NCBI RefSeq assembly: GCF_039654945.1 | Contig: NW_027361863.1 | Location: 9,362,001 to 9,426,000, forward strand | Source of the DNA: Dendrobates tinctorius | Taxonomy: Eukaryota | DNA: 64,000 nucleotides | Direction of reading: 5' to 3' | Shown: one piece after another, positions 25,025 to 39,290 of the stretch | Position numbering within the stretch: position 1 is the stretch's first letter | Layout: each line of letters starts with the position of its first letter | Translations under genes and position numbers: made by a program | Notes under the pieces: generated by a model | What the model was told of the DNA's origin: nothing | Database searches by the model: none | The model's input: only the letters and a program-made list of their open reading frames with translations

Positions 25025-25399
25025 TTAAACAACATGAGCTACTCCTACCTTAGGACTTCTGGGAATATGTGTGTCAGGGGCTTATTTAGAGACTAACATC
25101 TACTGACTTTGTATTTCTACTTATGCCTCTAAACTGTGTCTCTGTTTGATTATGTATATGGGTCCGTGATATTTGAACTAGAGGTCCAGTAGGATACTAT
25201 GAGTGGCTCTAGTGATTCACTCATATGTCATTGATCAGTCCTGTGCTTTATTTCTGTCTACTGGGTCACATTAGCAGTTTGACTATATGATATTTCTCTT
25301 TTTGAGTGCCAAAATATAATTATCTTGCAGCTAGTGGACATTTAAATCTGACCATCTTTCATGTATTTTTTGGGGAACATGCTGGTCTCCAATCACTGT

Positions 25400-28300
25400 T
25401 TTTAAACTGTGTGGTGTTTTTTGCAACCAATAAAATAAATTTTCATATAATTTGTATTTGGTGTGGTGATCCTACATATATGCATGGAGCTTCTTAGTGT
25501 ATCACTGCAATATTCTTCTACGTCGTGGATCCCAAACAATTCAAAGGATGTCTTTGTTTTACTTGTAACAAAATCGCTGAGGTCTTTTCCTTTCAAAAAC
25601 TAGGTTTTTACCTTCCAACCATTTTCAGTTCCTTTTTCTTTGCAGGTTTCAGTCTTAAATTTTCAAACATCTTTTCCTTCTCAGCCTGATCGTTCATCCA
25701 AAAATGCCAATCCTATGTTAGTTTCTGACAGATACCAAATGTATCCCTTAGCAACTGTGAGGACACTTTCTCTGTCATCTTTATCTGGATAATATTGCAA
25801 AAGCTGTAGCATCTCCAAATCATTCTTTGGATCCCATCGACTTACAACTGCCTCGTGCCAAAAGCGGACATATATTAGACAGACAAAACGTGCTACTTTT
25901 CTTATTCCTTTCAATTCGGTATTAGAAATATGCAATTGTTTAGTAAATGGCACAATTTTGATTACATACCGTATATACTCGTGTATAAGCCGACACCACC
26001 CCCCCCCAATTTTGCCACAAAAAACTGGGTAAACTTATTGACTTGTGTATAAGCGTAGGGTTAATTGGTGGTCCAAGAAGATGCTCCATAGATAACCCCA
26101 CACCCCAATATCCTGCTGAACAAGGGTTAATGCTGCCCCATTAATACCCCCCATAGGCTGCTCCACAAGGGTTAATGCTGCCCCATAAGATGCTCAATAA
26201 ATACCCCCCATAGGCTGCTCCGCAAGGGTTAATGCTGCCCCATACGATGCTCCATAAATACCCGTTATTTGCTGCTGCTGCAATTAAAAAAAAAAAAAAA
26301 AAAAAATATGACATACTCACCTCTTCGTCACTGGGGGCCAGGTTTCGGTGTCCTGAGCCCCTGGCAGTGGAGATATTCACCTGTCCCCATTCCAAGTTGT
26401 CCACCGCTCTGTCTCCCGGATCTCTACATTGACAGCAGAGGGCGCGCACTGACTACGTCATCGCGCCCTCTGCCGTCACAGCAGGAGGACCCGGAGACAC
26501 AGAGGTGCACGGCTTGGAACGGGGACAGGTGAATATTACTCTGGCCCCGTCATACTCGCCCCTCCTAGCACAAGGTCTTCTCTGCAGCTGCAGCCCCTGC
26601 TTCTCCCTCTGCCGTCTGCTTCTTGCATTCAGCTGGTCACGTGGTACTGCTCATTAAACTAATAAATATGCGCATATTCATGAGTCTAATGAGCGGTACC
26701 ACGTGACCGCTGAATGCAGGAAGCAGACGGCAGAGGGAGGCGCAGGGGCTGCAGAGAAGTGCCAGGAGAGGTGAGTATGGTCTCTGACACCCTCGCTCCC
26801 CCTCCCCCGCCCACCCCCCGTATATGACTCTCGTATAAGCCGAGAGGGGGACTTTCAGCCCAAAATAATGGGCTGAAAATCTCGGCTTATATACGGTATA
26901 TGGCCTTTGCCATCCACCTTTCTTCAGTCAGAGCCCCTGGAACCATAAATTCAAAATTGTTTTCATCCCAGCCAACAAAGTATAGAAGTGATAGTTGTAT
27001 TAGCTCTTTGTAATATTCTCTTGGATGACTGCCATCTTTCAAGACATTGTTGAGGTAGTTCACCATTTTCACACGTTGTTCTTCTAGAAAACCTTGAATG
27101 GGATTTTCTTCATCTAACCTTGTGGAATAGGACTTCTTATCAACTGAATTCCACTGATTTTGGAACTTTCGGAAAGTCTGGATGTCAGGACCACTTGATG
27201 GTATGTTACAACAGTTACCAAACACTCCTTTCAAGATTAATTCGTGGGTGTGGTGGCGGCAAGCCAACCACAACAATGGTCGCCCAAATTCAGTTTCAAT
27301 TCTGATACATGCTCCTTGGATCATTCCTGTATTAGATGCAGTTGTATTGAAAGATATACCAATGATACGGTCACGTAGCGCGAATCGGTCCACCTCCTGA
27401 ATAACAACTTCAGCCCTTAGCTCACCAGTACCTTTCTGGGCAACAGGTACACAAAGCAAATGCTCAAAATCTTTTCCAGTTACAAGAACAGCATCTCTAT
27501 CTTCTAGAGTTTTGACACTTCCACAGGCAACCGAGGTCAACAATTTACTATCCCAATGTAAGACTAAATGAAGAGGATCTTCAAACAGTGACTCTTCCAT
27601 GTTCTCAGCTATTTGTCTTCTGTTAATCACCCGAGCTTGGAAAACGGTAGATGGAGATATGGAAATGCATGAAACATCGTGACCAAGGCTTTTTGCAGTT
27701 GCAATAAATGAAGTACTTGCTTGTCGAATGGAGAGTTGTTCTCAATCCCATGTAGCCATGAGTGTGTGAGCAAGAGGTTTTAAGGCCCCATCACACACAG
27801 CGATCTCGCCAGCGAGATCGCTGGCTGTGACGGGGATCAGCGACCGGCCCCCCTGCCGGGTATCGCTGATCGTCCTCGATCAGCCTGGGCCGTTTTTCGA
27901 TCGCTGGTCTCCTGCTGGCCAGCACGCATCGCTGCGTGTGGCAGCGAGAGACCAGCGATCAGCGACGCTGGTTTCTAATGTAAACATCGGGTAAAATTCG
28001 TCCTCTTCGTGAATTGATGATGGGGATGAGACTGAGTGTTCCACTATACCTGTCTTGTTCATTTTGGCGATTTCTTTATAATATTACATCTTGTATGCCT
28101 CCTTTTTTTTCTATATTTATTTGAGGCAAGAACCTTATGTACACCACTCACTGATGAACTCATACGATCCTCTCATTGTGACATAAGGAATGCTTTATCG
28201 TCGGCAATATCAAATAGCTCAACAAGATAACCTTTCCAAATCTCCCGCTTCATATTTGCTTTCAGTGTTTCTTGATATCTCTTTACCCAGATGTTGATGT

Positions 28301-28778
28301 TCCTTGTATAACTTCTGTATACAAATTTGAATATTCTCCTCTGTCATGACAGGGATACTTGCTTTCTTCCACACTTCCTGTAGTTTAACACTTGTGGATT
28401 TAGCAGCACACGAAAGTGTTTCTTTCATTTCCTTGTGATAGTAAATAAACTAAAAGCACTTGTTTCTGGGAAGGGAGTTGAGCTCCCAAAAATTCACCAC
28501 CAGGCACCTTTTCAAGTAACCAAATTCCCTTTCTAGTACTCATTTTCAGTTTAACTGCCTGCAAAACATAATAGAAACACAACATACACATTAGTGTGAT
28601 CTCGATGATACATTTTCATGAATTTCAGTACTTTCAGATAAAAGTGATCAAAGTGTGCAACTCCTAAATATTAATCGAATTCGCTAATATTTTTTACATG
28701 GATGTTTTAGATGACTCAGACGAAGGATTCAAGCAAAGTCACATGAAAATCATAACTTCGGAAAAATGAAACACCCTA
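25400..28778 (-). mobile_element. Decayed hAT-superfamily transposon, probably hATm group; transposase fragments ~25495-28545
   Basis: VLHWDSKLL, FNTTASNTG...GAC, LLWLACRHH.HEL, RWMAKAIY and WYLSE motifs; 5' terminus TAGGGTGTTTC at 28778. The other terminus was not found. Confidence 0.65.
25969..26896. mobile_element. Tc1/mariner (Tc2/pogo-like, CCGTA-ended) non-autonomous element inserted in the hATm transposase
   Basis: TA-ccgtatatactcgtgtataagccg...cggcttatatacgg-TA; removing it rejoins the frame MAKAIY|VIKIVPF. Confidence 0.85.
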
Positions 28779-30196
28779 ATGGACATGCTATTCAAGGAGT
28801 TTGGAAGCAAACGGGAGCAGTGATATGGGGCGAGAGCTAGGCATAGCAGTTGGGTCAAAGTTTGTTTTTTTTTTTTTTAATTTTTTTTTTTTGTTTTTTT
28901 TTTAGGATGGGTGTTATGGTGGCAAGTTTGAAGGCAGAGGGGAAGGTACCAGAAGTTAGGGATAGGTTGAAGAGATGTGTTAGAGCTGGAGTGATCATGT
29001 TAGTGAGGTTGGGGAGCAGGTGTGAAGGGATGGGGTCAAGTGCACAGGTGGTGAGGCGTGATTTGGAAAGGAGATGAGTAAGCTCTCCTTCAGTGATGTT
29101 GGAGAGGGAGGTTATTAGGGTTGTGGGATAATGAAGAGACAAGGTTTGTGAAATAGGTCTGTTTAGCAGAGGTGAGGGCTGATTTTAAAGGCAAGTGTAG
29201 CTTGTTTGAAAGCAGTGAAGTCATCTGGCAGGCGTGTTTTCTTCCAACGCTGCTCTGCGACCCTGGATGCTTGTCAAAGTTTTTTGGTGAGGTTGTAGTG
29301 CCAGGTTTGTCTATTGGTTTGTTGCACTTTGCCATGCATGAGAGGAGCGACTGAGTCTATGGCTGATGTGAAGGTGGAGTTGTAGAAAGTGGTGGCACTG
29401 TCCGTGTTGTGGAGTGAAGATATGGAGGACAGAGGTAGAAGAGAGTCTGAGAGTCTGTGGAGGTTTCTTCGAGGATGTGCTAGTGGCTGGACATTGGGGG
29501 CAGGTGAGAAGGACAAGGCTGAGAAGATGAGTAGATGATGGTTAGATGGGGGGAGGGAGAGGTTGTGAGATTAGATAGGGACCAGATGTGGGTGAAGATG
29601 AGGTCTAATGTATGTCCATCTGTGTGGGTGGCTGTGGAGGACCACTGAGTAAGTCCAAAGGATGAGGTAAGTGACAGGAGTTTGGAGGCTGCTGGCTGGG
29701 GGGTGTCAGTGGGCATGTTGAAGTCCCCATGATGATGTGGGGATGTCAGCAGAGAGAAAGTGGAGGAGCCAAGTGGAGAATTGGTCGATGAAGGCAGTGG
29801 CTGAGCCCGGTGGTCGGTATATGACAGCACTTTGGAGATTAGAGGGAGAGTAAATACGGACAGAGTGAACCTCGAAATAAGGGAGGGTGGGGGTTGGCTA
29901 GGGTTGAAAGAGCAGTTTTTAGAAAGGAGGAAACCCACTCCTCTACCTTGTCTGTTGCCAGGGCGAGGAGTGTGGGTAAAGTGGAGGCTGCCATAACTCA
30001 GTGCGGGCGGGGAGGCAGTGTCAGGGGGTGTCAGCCAGGTCTCGGTGAGGGCCAGGAAGGCTGCGGGAGGTAAAGAGGTCGTGGAGCTTGTTGCAGATGG
30101 CGCGAGCATTCCAAAGTGCTCCAGAAAGAGGGTGCGGAAGTGAGGGGGGTCAGTGGCACAGGTTTTAAGTGTGAGGGATTGCGGTAGTTTGTCTTA

Positions 30197-31219
30197 AGGG
30201 CATGTCACACTAAGAGATATCGCTATAACTAGCAGGGCTGTGGAGTCGGTAAACCAAACCTGCGACTCCGACTCCGACTCCTCAATTTCCCTTACACCGA
30301 CTCCAACTCCGACTCCACGACTCCGACTCCGACTCCCACACATATTGATTATATTTAAGTGAAAAATTTATTGTAGTACAATGTGAACCTCAGACATTTA
30401 ATCATTTTTATGATCCAATAATCAAGATATTTAGATAGAACAGAATATATATTGGTGTACTACCCGGTTTTCATTCTTTTTGGTACAGATACGATATGGA
30501 TAGAGCAGATTTCTAATCTGCTTTTGCTATTGAGTAACATTATCTATGAGCTCAAAAACCTTTCAGGTGATGCAGTTTTTTAAAAAGATGATCAACTTTT
30601 GCAGCTGAAAAACGTATCCTCAAAAAACACAGGAAAAACGCTGTGTGTGAATGTAGCCTTAGATCAGGAATAGAACAGCCATTTATAGGACATTTCATAA
30701 CTTTCCCAAACTCCTATGAAAAAATATTCAGCACATCCTGCATTGAATTACTGTACCCAATTTATTATATATTTTAGGAGTCGGAGTCGGTCCATTTTAT
30801 ACCGACTCCGACTCCACCAAAATGAGCACCGACTCCGACTCCACGACTCCGACTCCACATCCCTGATAACTAGTGACGTTATAGCGATATTGCTAGCGAT
30901 ATCTCTGTGTGATACTTACCTCCGACCGGCTCCCCCGCTGGTTATCGCTGATCGCGCGAGAACATCCAGGACTGTTTCTCGTCGTCAGCTTCCTGCGGCG
31001 CTTCCTGCTGAGAGGACGAGCGACGCGTGGAGCCGGGCGGGAGGACGCAGGATCGCCTGGTGTGACAGGTAAGTAGCGATCCCCGTCCCCAGCGATGTCG
31101 CTAGTGAGATCTGCCTGTGTGGCAGCTCACTAGCGACCACTTAGCGATATACCAGCGATCCTGACCGCGTCATATCGCTGGTCAGGATCGCTGGTACATC
31201 GCTAAGTGTGACAGTACCT
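30197..31219. mobile_element. Harbinger-type MITE in the L2, itself containing an hAT MITE
   Basis: agggcatgtcacac / gtgtgacagtacct; TTA TSD. Confidence 0.8.
30233..30865. mobile_element. hAT MITE with (gactcc)n subterminal repeats
   Basis: cagggctgtggagtcgg / ccgactccacatccctg; perfect 8-bp TSD ATAACTAG. Confidence 0.9.
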
Positions 31220-34200
31220 TTAGTGTGTGAAAGATAGGGATGGGGATTAGTGGGATGTATGAGGCTGAGGGGGGGGCCAGGATTGGGGGATATGTCACCA
31301 GCTGTGAGAAGAAGCAGAGAAAGGGAAAGCAGCCGGGTGAAGGAGAATGATCGTCTTGTATTGTATTTTAGTAGGAGAGGTCTGAGGTCTTTACTATTGA
31401 TGCTGCCTATGCAGCATCAGTAGTAAAAGAGAGGATATTAAAAAAAAAAAAAAAAAAAAAAAAATAGGGATATACTTGCCCTCCGTCGGCCCCCTGAGTC
31501 ATCCCGCCCCTCATTGGCGCTGCCGGCAACTTCCGTTCCCAGGGATGCATTGCGCGAATGACCTCTGATGTAGCGGTCACGTGAGACGGCGACGTCATCA
31601 GAGGTCATTCGCGCAATGCATTCCTGGGAACGGAAGATGCTTGCAGCGTGGCTGAGAGGCGGGAGGACTCCGAGGGCCATCAGAAGGTGAGCATATCCGT
31701 ATTTTTTATTTTTATTCTATTTTTCAAAGGATTATGGTACCCAGGGCCTGGAGGAGAGTCTCCTCTCCTCCAGACCCTGGGTACCATCCGCACTATGAAG
31801 CGCTCGCTTACGCATGGTGGGAAAAGTGAGCGTTTCAATGCAATCCTATGGCGGCGGAATCGCCGCAATTCCACAGAAATAATGAACATGCTGCGGATTT
31901 TACCGCTATGCGATTCCGCAGCGGTAAAATCCGCAGTATGACCACAGCAATTGCAGAATCCCATAAGATTGCATGGGGGTGCGTTTTATTAGTGTTTCCG
32001 CAGCGGCGGAAACGCATAAAAAAAACACAACGTGGGGACACAGCCTTAGGGTGTGTGCACACGATCAGGAATTCCTTAGGATTTGACGCAGGTGAAATCT
32101 GCATCTGAGGTCACTGGCAGGTCATCTGCGTGTTTGCGTTTTTTCCGCATGCGTTTTTGATGCATTTTTCATTGCATGCGTGTTTTTTTGGGGGGGGCCA
32201 CTTGAAATAAAGCTAATTGAAAGTTGGGTTCTGGGAAGGAAAAAAAACTGATTTCCTGTTTGCAAATATATTTGGGTATGTTCCCATGGTCAGTAAACGC
32301 TGCAGGGTGGATGCAGCAACTGTTACAGCATAGTGGATGGGATTTTATGAAATCCCATGCCCACTATGCGTGCACAGACGCCCGCGGATCACTCGCAGAG
32401 ATGGACATGCGGCACATCTTTCCAGACCGCAACATGTTAATTTATGTAGCTGCGTAAATTACCCATTCACTATCATTAGATGCGGTAAAACCACATTATC
32501 TTCCTAGTCACATGCGTATTAAGTGTGGGAACACAGCTTACTATGTATGTGTACTAATTTAAATAATGTACACGACACAGGAAGTGAAGGAAAGCACAGA
32601 GAGGTCCCCTCCTTTTTAATATATAATAAAAAAAAAAAAAAATGGCGTCGGGTCCCCCTCTATTTGTTAGCTAGCCAGAGTAAAGCAGACTACTGGGACT
32701 GGTATTTCAGGCTGGTAAGGATCCAATATCTATGAGCCTTACTAGCCAGATGATACCAGGCCGCGGCTGTCTGCTTACCTTGGATGGTTAGCACAAATAG
32801 TGGGATCCACTCCAAAAAAAAAAGTGTGGGTCCACATATTTTTGTTAACCAGCCAAGGAAAAGCAGACAACTGCAGCCTGGTGTTCTCAGACTGGCAAGG
32901 CCCATGGATTTTGGCCCTCACCAGCTTAAAAATAGCAGACACACACACACTTGGCGCATCTTTGGATGCGCCAATTGTGGCACTTTACCCATCTCTTCCC
33001 ACTTGCCCTTTAGCGGTGGCAAGTGGGGTAATATTTGTGGGGTTGATGTCACCTATTGTCCGGTGACATCAAGTCCATAGCTTAGTAATGGTGAAGCGTC
33101 TGTAAGACACCTATCCACTAATCCTATAGTTACATGGTAAATAAAGACAGCCAGAATAAAGTCCTTTAATTGAAATAATGACAGACTCCTTTAATAATCT
33201 TAATTAAACCATACTTACTACATCGCCTATTCCACTGATGCCCTCGTCTCCTGGAAGAGAAATAAAATAAAAAAGCTACAATATCCTTACCTGTCCGCCG
33301 AGAAGATATACATAGTGTCCCACAATGGGTCCAACTCTGCTACCTCTGGATGCCTTTGGCTGAACGGTGGCATTAAGCTACCATCCAGCCTGATATTCAG
33401 ACACAGCGGAGCTTTAAGCTGATGACCAGAGGTAACTCGGTCCCTGGCGGTCACGTCCACGGCAGTTCTCGTGGTCCGCTCAGCTCATCGCTAACTTCCG
33501 GCTGAAACAAGGTAAGATGTTTTTTAAATTAGGACACATGCATAGTAAGGTGCGTTCCCGCACTTAGTATGCATGTGACTAAGAAAATAATACATTTTTA
33601 CCGCATCTAATGATAGCAGCATGTCTATTTCCCATACACTATCTGGAAAGATGCGCCACATGTCCTTTTATGCATGGATGTTATACCATTACTTATCGCT
33701 AGAACCCCATGATCAAGGCTTTGGAATCTGAGAACTGAGTACCTCCTGTCTTGATTGCAGTAGAGCGACTTCCTTTCAAACCATCGTCTATGGGGTTGAT
33801 GGAAATAGCGCAGCATCGTAGTCAGCTTTCTCTAGCCGTCCGATATTTTGGCGGCTCATTCTCATGATTGGTGGGGATGCTGCTGGTCAGACCCCGCAGT
33901 GATAAGGAAGTTGTCCCTTATCCACTAACGATGGCAATGGACACCATGGTGAGTCTCCAGTTTGCCCCAATGGCAGTCTGCCGGGCACCATTGATCTGTG
34001 ATGGTGAAATCTCTTGTCTACGGCGATGGTCTCCAGCTGTGACGAAACTTTGTCTATCAGTATAGCTATAGAATGAGGGCCTGGGAAACATGGCAGCATC
34101 TGATGATAAAATCTATATGATTACACAGCTCTCCTTTACAGCTACCATATTCCTGTAAAAAATAGAATTAAAATAGGGATATACTTATCCTCTGTCGGCC

Positions 34201-36122
34201 CCCGGAGTCCTCAGCGGCGCTGCCGGTAAGCTCCGTTCCTAGGTGTGCGTTGCGAGAATGACCTCTGATGACGTAGCGGTCATGCGACCGTGACGTCACA
34301 AAGGTCATTCTCGCAAAGCACGCCTGGGAACGGGACTTGCCGGCAGCGCCGTTGAGGACCGGGATCACCACTGAGGAGATCCGCGGCCGCTAGGAGGTGA
34401 GTATATCCATATTTTTTTATTATTTTTAACATTCTATCTTTTACTCTTGATGCAGCATCAATAGTAAAAAGTTGGTCACATTTGTCAAGCACTATGCTTG
34501 ACAAGTGTGACCAACCTGTCAATCACTTTTCCAAGCGATGCTACAAATCGCTTGGAAAGCGCTAGCATTCTGCAAGGTAAAAACGCTTGTGTTTTGCGGG
34601 AAAACACATGCGAATTCCACATGTGTTTTACCCACGGGGAGTTGCGGAAATGCTGCGGACAATTCTGCAGCATTTCTGCAACGTGGACACGTAGCCTTAG
34701 TATACACTACACAGGTGATGGCATGCTGCTGCAATAACCCAGATCAGTACAGGTTAGGTAATGTATGGCTCCACCAGCAGAAGAGTGAGTGCAGCTCTGG
34801 AACAGAATAAAAGGATAAGTACCGTAACGTAACATACAGTGGCATGTAAAAGCTTGGGCACCCCTGGTGAAATTACTGTCATTGTGAACAGTTAGGCAAG
34901 TTGAAGATGAAATGATCTCTAAAATGCCTAATGAGAATAATATATATATAATTAGTGTATATATATTAGTGAGTGCAGCTCTGGGGTGTAATGCAGGATG
35001 TAACTCGGGATCATTAGGAATGCATTCATCACCTCGTATATCCTCATTGGTAAATGGTGAAGAAGCCCAGTTATATGCTAAAAGCTTCTCTATTTCCATA
35101 GCTGTGGTACAATAGAAAGTTATAATACACTCCCCCTTAATTCAGCTGTAATATACAGAGTTCACTACATGATGGATGTACAATGTTCTTTTGTGCAGAG
35201 CAGTATGCCAGGAATTTGCAGGGGTTGTATGAGCTCCTGTCTGTAGCACACAGCCCCACTTGCATCCATTTCCAGCCCCGTTAATGCCGCTCCAGAAGGT
35301 TTCTGCACTCTTGTAAGCTTCTTTTTTTTTTTTTATTGTGTCTTTTCGTTAATTCCTAGACATTGGCGTATGCCGCCTGATATAATCGCAGTGTTAGCTC
35401 TGGGCACAATACGTGGCGTTTGCTTTCTGCGCACTTGCTGTAATGTGATCTGTGTTTTATACTCTTGGTATAGCACTTCACAAATGACATGTAAAAGGTC
35501 AAGTTGTTTGTGATGATCTCGTCTTGTGGCGTCTACCCATGTATTGTGCGGAGTAAACCTGGCGTAACGCTTTATCATCCTCTTCAGTGGAGCGGTAGAA
35601 AGTAATGCCGCCTGTCAGACAGGATCCGAGGCGTCTAGTGTTGATGTCAGAACGTGCTCGTGAAGGGTGATGGGGCGTTAGAGACACTTAATCGCACGCT
35701 TTCATTCATTTGTCATGTGTTTTTTATATTGTTGTTTTTCCTCTTCATTGCACCAAAATATAGACTAACCGCATCGCCCCAATGACTTGCGGCGTTATCG
35801 ACTCGCTGCTCAGTTTCAGGATACTGTTAAAGGTTTTTTTTTTTTCTTTTCATGTTCTTTAATGGGTAAAATTGCGAAGTCCTTGTAAAAACATGCAACG
35901 TTACTGTTTACGTTTTATTAAAAATCCTGTCTGTTCTGAGTGGAGTGATTTTTGTTTGGCCACCTCTGCAGTGTAGCAGCGGTGGCCCAAAATGCGCAGT
36001 GTTTACAAGCTCTTTCCAATAAAGATTGTAAGTGCTGCTGTGAAGCTGGCGAGATCGAGCCCCCCTTTTCAGGAAATGAGGAGTGGCGTGGTGCACTGCG
36101 GCAGAAGGGGAGACACTCCTTT

Positions 36123-36459
36123 AGGCCCTGTGTACACGGTGCGGCTCCGCAGCAGATTTGCCGCTGCGGATCTGCAGCGGAACTGCAGGTGATGTACAGT
36201 ACCATTATAGCCAATGGGGGGAAAAAAATCCGCTGTGGATTTTTCCGTTCGGTTTTTGAGCGGTAAAAAAAAAGCAGCATGTGACTTCTTTTGTGCAGTT
36301 TTGCTGCAGTTTTCCACCTGCTCCATTCTACAAAACCGCACAAAAACCGCAAAGAAAAGGAAGAAATTTGTAGGAAAAATGCAAGTCATTTGACCTGCGG
36401 ATGTCTTAAAACCTGAGCGGAAAAATCCGCGGGAGGATCTGCACCGTGTGCACATAGCC
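36123..36459. mobile_element. Harbinger-type MITE
   Basis: ggccctgtgtacacgg / ccgtgtgcacatagcc. Confidence 0.7.
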
Positions 36460-37097
36460 TCAAAGAGATTTTATACCCCAAACTAACAGCTTGTATGTAA
36501 AGGTGCTATAATGATGATTGAACACTTACCATTCTTGTATGCTAAAGAACTGCAAGTGCATTGGGTGGGGCCTGCACTTGCAGTTCCCCTGCCTTCTCTT
36601 GCTGTTCCCTGCTGCCTGCCTGCCTTCTATCTCTGACACAGGTGCCTCATGTTCCAGAGACAGGAATCAGGCATTGGGTGGGGCTATAATGAGAGAAGGC
36701 AGCAGGGTTTACTCCGCAATAAAGCGCCAATAGTTTGAGATATAAAATCCTGATGATGGGCTCTCTTTCAGGATCAGGTTAAATTGTGGGTGGGGGATAG
36801 GAAGGAAGTTAAATTCAGGTTGATGTAACTTGTTCAGAATTTTTAGTTTGGGGTCAAATGCGGGCAAATTGGTATTGAGTTGTACAGCTAATCGTTGGCA
36901 TGATTCTCAAAATGTGTATGTCATGTTTTTGGACCCATAGCAATAACAGAGCAGGTGCTTGCCCTCCAGGTCTTGCTCTCTGACATTGCTGGGGTTTCTG
37001 TGCTTTGGCTGCAGCAGGGACATCACCGCAGCGGCTAAATCCGGGGAGGGCTCTGTTATTTTACATGTATCAAAGCATTTGGGAACTGCCACTGTTG

Positions 37098-37677
37098 GGG
37101 TGTGTGCACACGTTGCGGATTCGTCTGCCGATTAGCAGCAGTTTTCCGAGGGATGTACAGTACCCTGTTATCCTATGGAAAACAAAAACCGCTGTGCACA
37201 TGCTGCGGAAAAATCTGCGTGGAAACAGCGGTTTATTTTCTGCAGCATGTCAATTCTTTGTGCGGATTCCGCAGCGTTTTTACACCTATTCCATTCTAGG
37301 AATCCGCAGGTGTAAAAACGCAGGTAAAGTGCAGGCATTTTGACCTGTGGATTCTGCAGATTCCGCACGGAAAAATCCGCACATGAATCCACAACGTATG
37401 CGGATTTTTCCGTGCAGAATCCGCAAGTCAAAATGCCTGCTGATTTCAACTGCATTTTTACACCTGTGGATTCCTATAATGGAATAGGTGTAAAAATGCT
37501 GCGGAAACCGCACAAAGAATAGACATGCTGTGGAAAAGAAACCGCTGTGTTTCTGCACTGAATTTTCCGCAGCATGTGCACAGCAGTTTTTGTTTTCCAT
37601 AGGATAACATGGTACTGTACATCCCTCGGAAAACTGCTGCTGATCCACAGGCGAATGCGCAACGTGTGCACATACCC
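37098..37677. mobile_element. Harbinger-type MITE, long palindrome
   Basis: gggtgtgtgcacacgttgcg / cgcaacgtgtgcacataccc; the arms are reverse-complementary throughout. Confidence 0.85.
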
Positions 37678-38413
37678 TAACAGTGGAAAACTCCTTTTAA
37701 TTATTAGGTTACTTGTGAGTCTGATAATTCTATAGCATCAGCTCCCCCTAGTGGTGACTGGAGGCAGCCAGTATTTTATCATTGATGTGAAAAATCTCTG
37801 AACGAGGAGCAGTCCTGATGTATATAGGAAATGTTATTCATACTATTCCTGACATAGTATTGTTCCTCCTGATCAGCATGTCTATAAGGTGAGGAAGCAG
37901 GGGATTGAGCCAAGACCCACATTTATTTGAACTGGTGTTTCTTAGGAGTATCTAGGGAAAATGATGGTTGCGGTGATTTGCATTAAATTTCTTTACACCC
38001 ACACACCTCCTGGTGTACATTGAACAGTCTATAAGCTGGTGTGTCTATGGCAACAATTTTTGTTAAATTATGGTTAATCTGTATTTTAACCATATTCCGT
38101 CAAAATAAATCTTTCCTCTCCAAATCTGGTGCGTCCCAGTGAAATTTGCAAATCTAGCATTTGTTCTCGTCCAATTTTTTTCTTTAATCTGATCTGTGCT
38201 GTTTAGGTGTATTTGTCGGTGCCTCTGTTACGTCGCCGCTGCCTTTGTTTCTTTGCTCTGTGCCTTCTGTCTCATGATGGCCATTGCATACAAAAAGGTT
38301 TAGTCCTATTGTGGGTAGAGGGTCGCTTTAATAAATGGTCTTTAGCCTTCAGATATTTATTGGTAAGCAGGTTTAGCAATTAATTTATTGATATATTTTT
38401 CCTTCCCTTTCAG

Positions 38414-38679
38414 TGAGGCGCTGTGCAACATAGTGATCTGTAATGATGCCTCCCTGCGGAGTCAGCCAGTTATCTACAACCCGGACTTCTTTGTGGAAAA
38501 GCTCCGACACGAGAATCCAGAAGTATTCACCGAGCTGTTGGTCAGTAACATCACAAGGTTGATAGACCTGCCCGGGACGGAGTTCGCCGAGCTCATGGGA
38601 GAAGCGGAGCCAAAACTGCCGGGACAGAACGGAGCAGCTGCTTCCTTCTTCAAGTCGCTCAACTTCCTGAAGCGTAAAG
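38414..38679 (+). CDS. arhgap19: ARHGAP19 (Rho GTPase-activating protein 19) coding exon 2
   Basis: EALCNIVICNDASLRSQPVIYNPDFFVEKLRHENPEVFTELLVSNITRLIDLPGTE...FFKSLNFLKRK matches the ARHGAP19 N-terminal region; acceptor cctttcag, donor G|gtctgt. Confidence 0.95.
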
Positions 38680-38744
38680 GTCTGTACAAATATACAGCCG
38701 TGTTAATAAAATATATACGTGGTGGGGAAAATATGCATTTCATA

Positions 38745-39290
38745 TACTGACGACTTTGCAAGTTTTCCCACCTACAAAGAACGGAGAGGTCTGTAAATTT
38801 TATCGTAGGTACACTTCACCTGCAGAAAATCACATTATATGATTTTTACAAAATTAATTAGCAGTTTATTGTTTGAAATAAGTATTTGATACAATAGAAA
38901 AACAGAACTCAATATTTGGTACAGAAACTTTTTTTTGCAATTACAGAGGTCAGACGTTTCCTATGGTTCTTGACCAAGTTTGCACACAATGCAGCAGGGA
39001 TTTTGGACCCCTCCTCCATACAGGTCTTCCTCAGATGTTTCGGGGCTGTCGCTGGACAACATTGAGTTTCAGCTCCTCCAAAGATTTTCTATCAGGTTCA
39101 GGTCTGGAGTCTGGCCAGGCCTCTCCGGGACCTTGAAATGCTTCTTATGGAACCACTCCTTAGTTGCCCTGGTTGTGTTTCTGGTCATTGTCATGCTGGA
39201 AGACCCAGCCACGACCCTTCTTCAATGCTTAAAGTGAGGGAAGGAGGTTGTTGGCCAAAATCTCAGGATACATGAGATGTGGCCATGTAT
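38745..39290 (-). mobile_element. Tc1-like transposon 3' fragment
   Basis: Tc1-type 3' sequence (degenerate SPDLN..ENL equivalent, aaataagtatttga direct-repeat motif). Confidence 0.6.

Larger units (their letters stand above)
28790..31330 (-). mobile_element. Older L2 LINE fragment (APE endonuclease plus start of RT), degenerate
   Basis: FLALTETWL, GDFN, TH.DGHTLDL, TTCALDPIPSHLL and FPSAFKLATITPILKK fragments. Confidence 0.85.
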
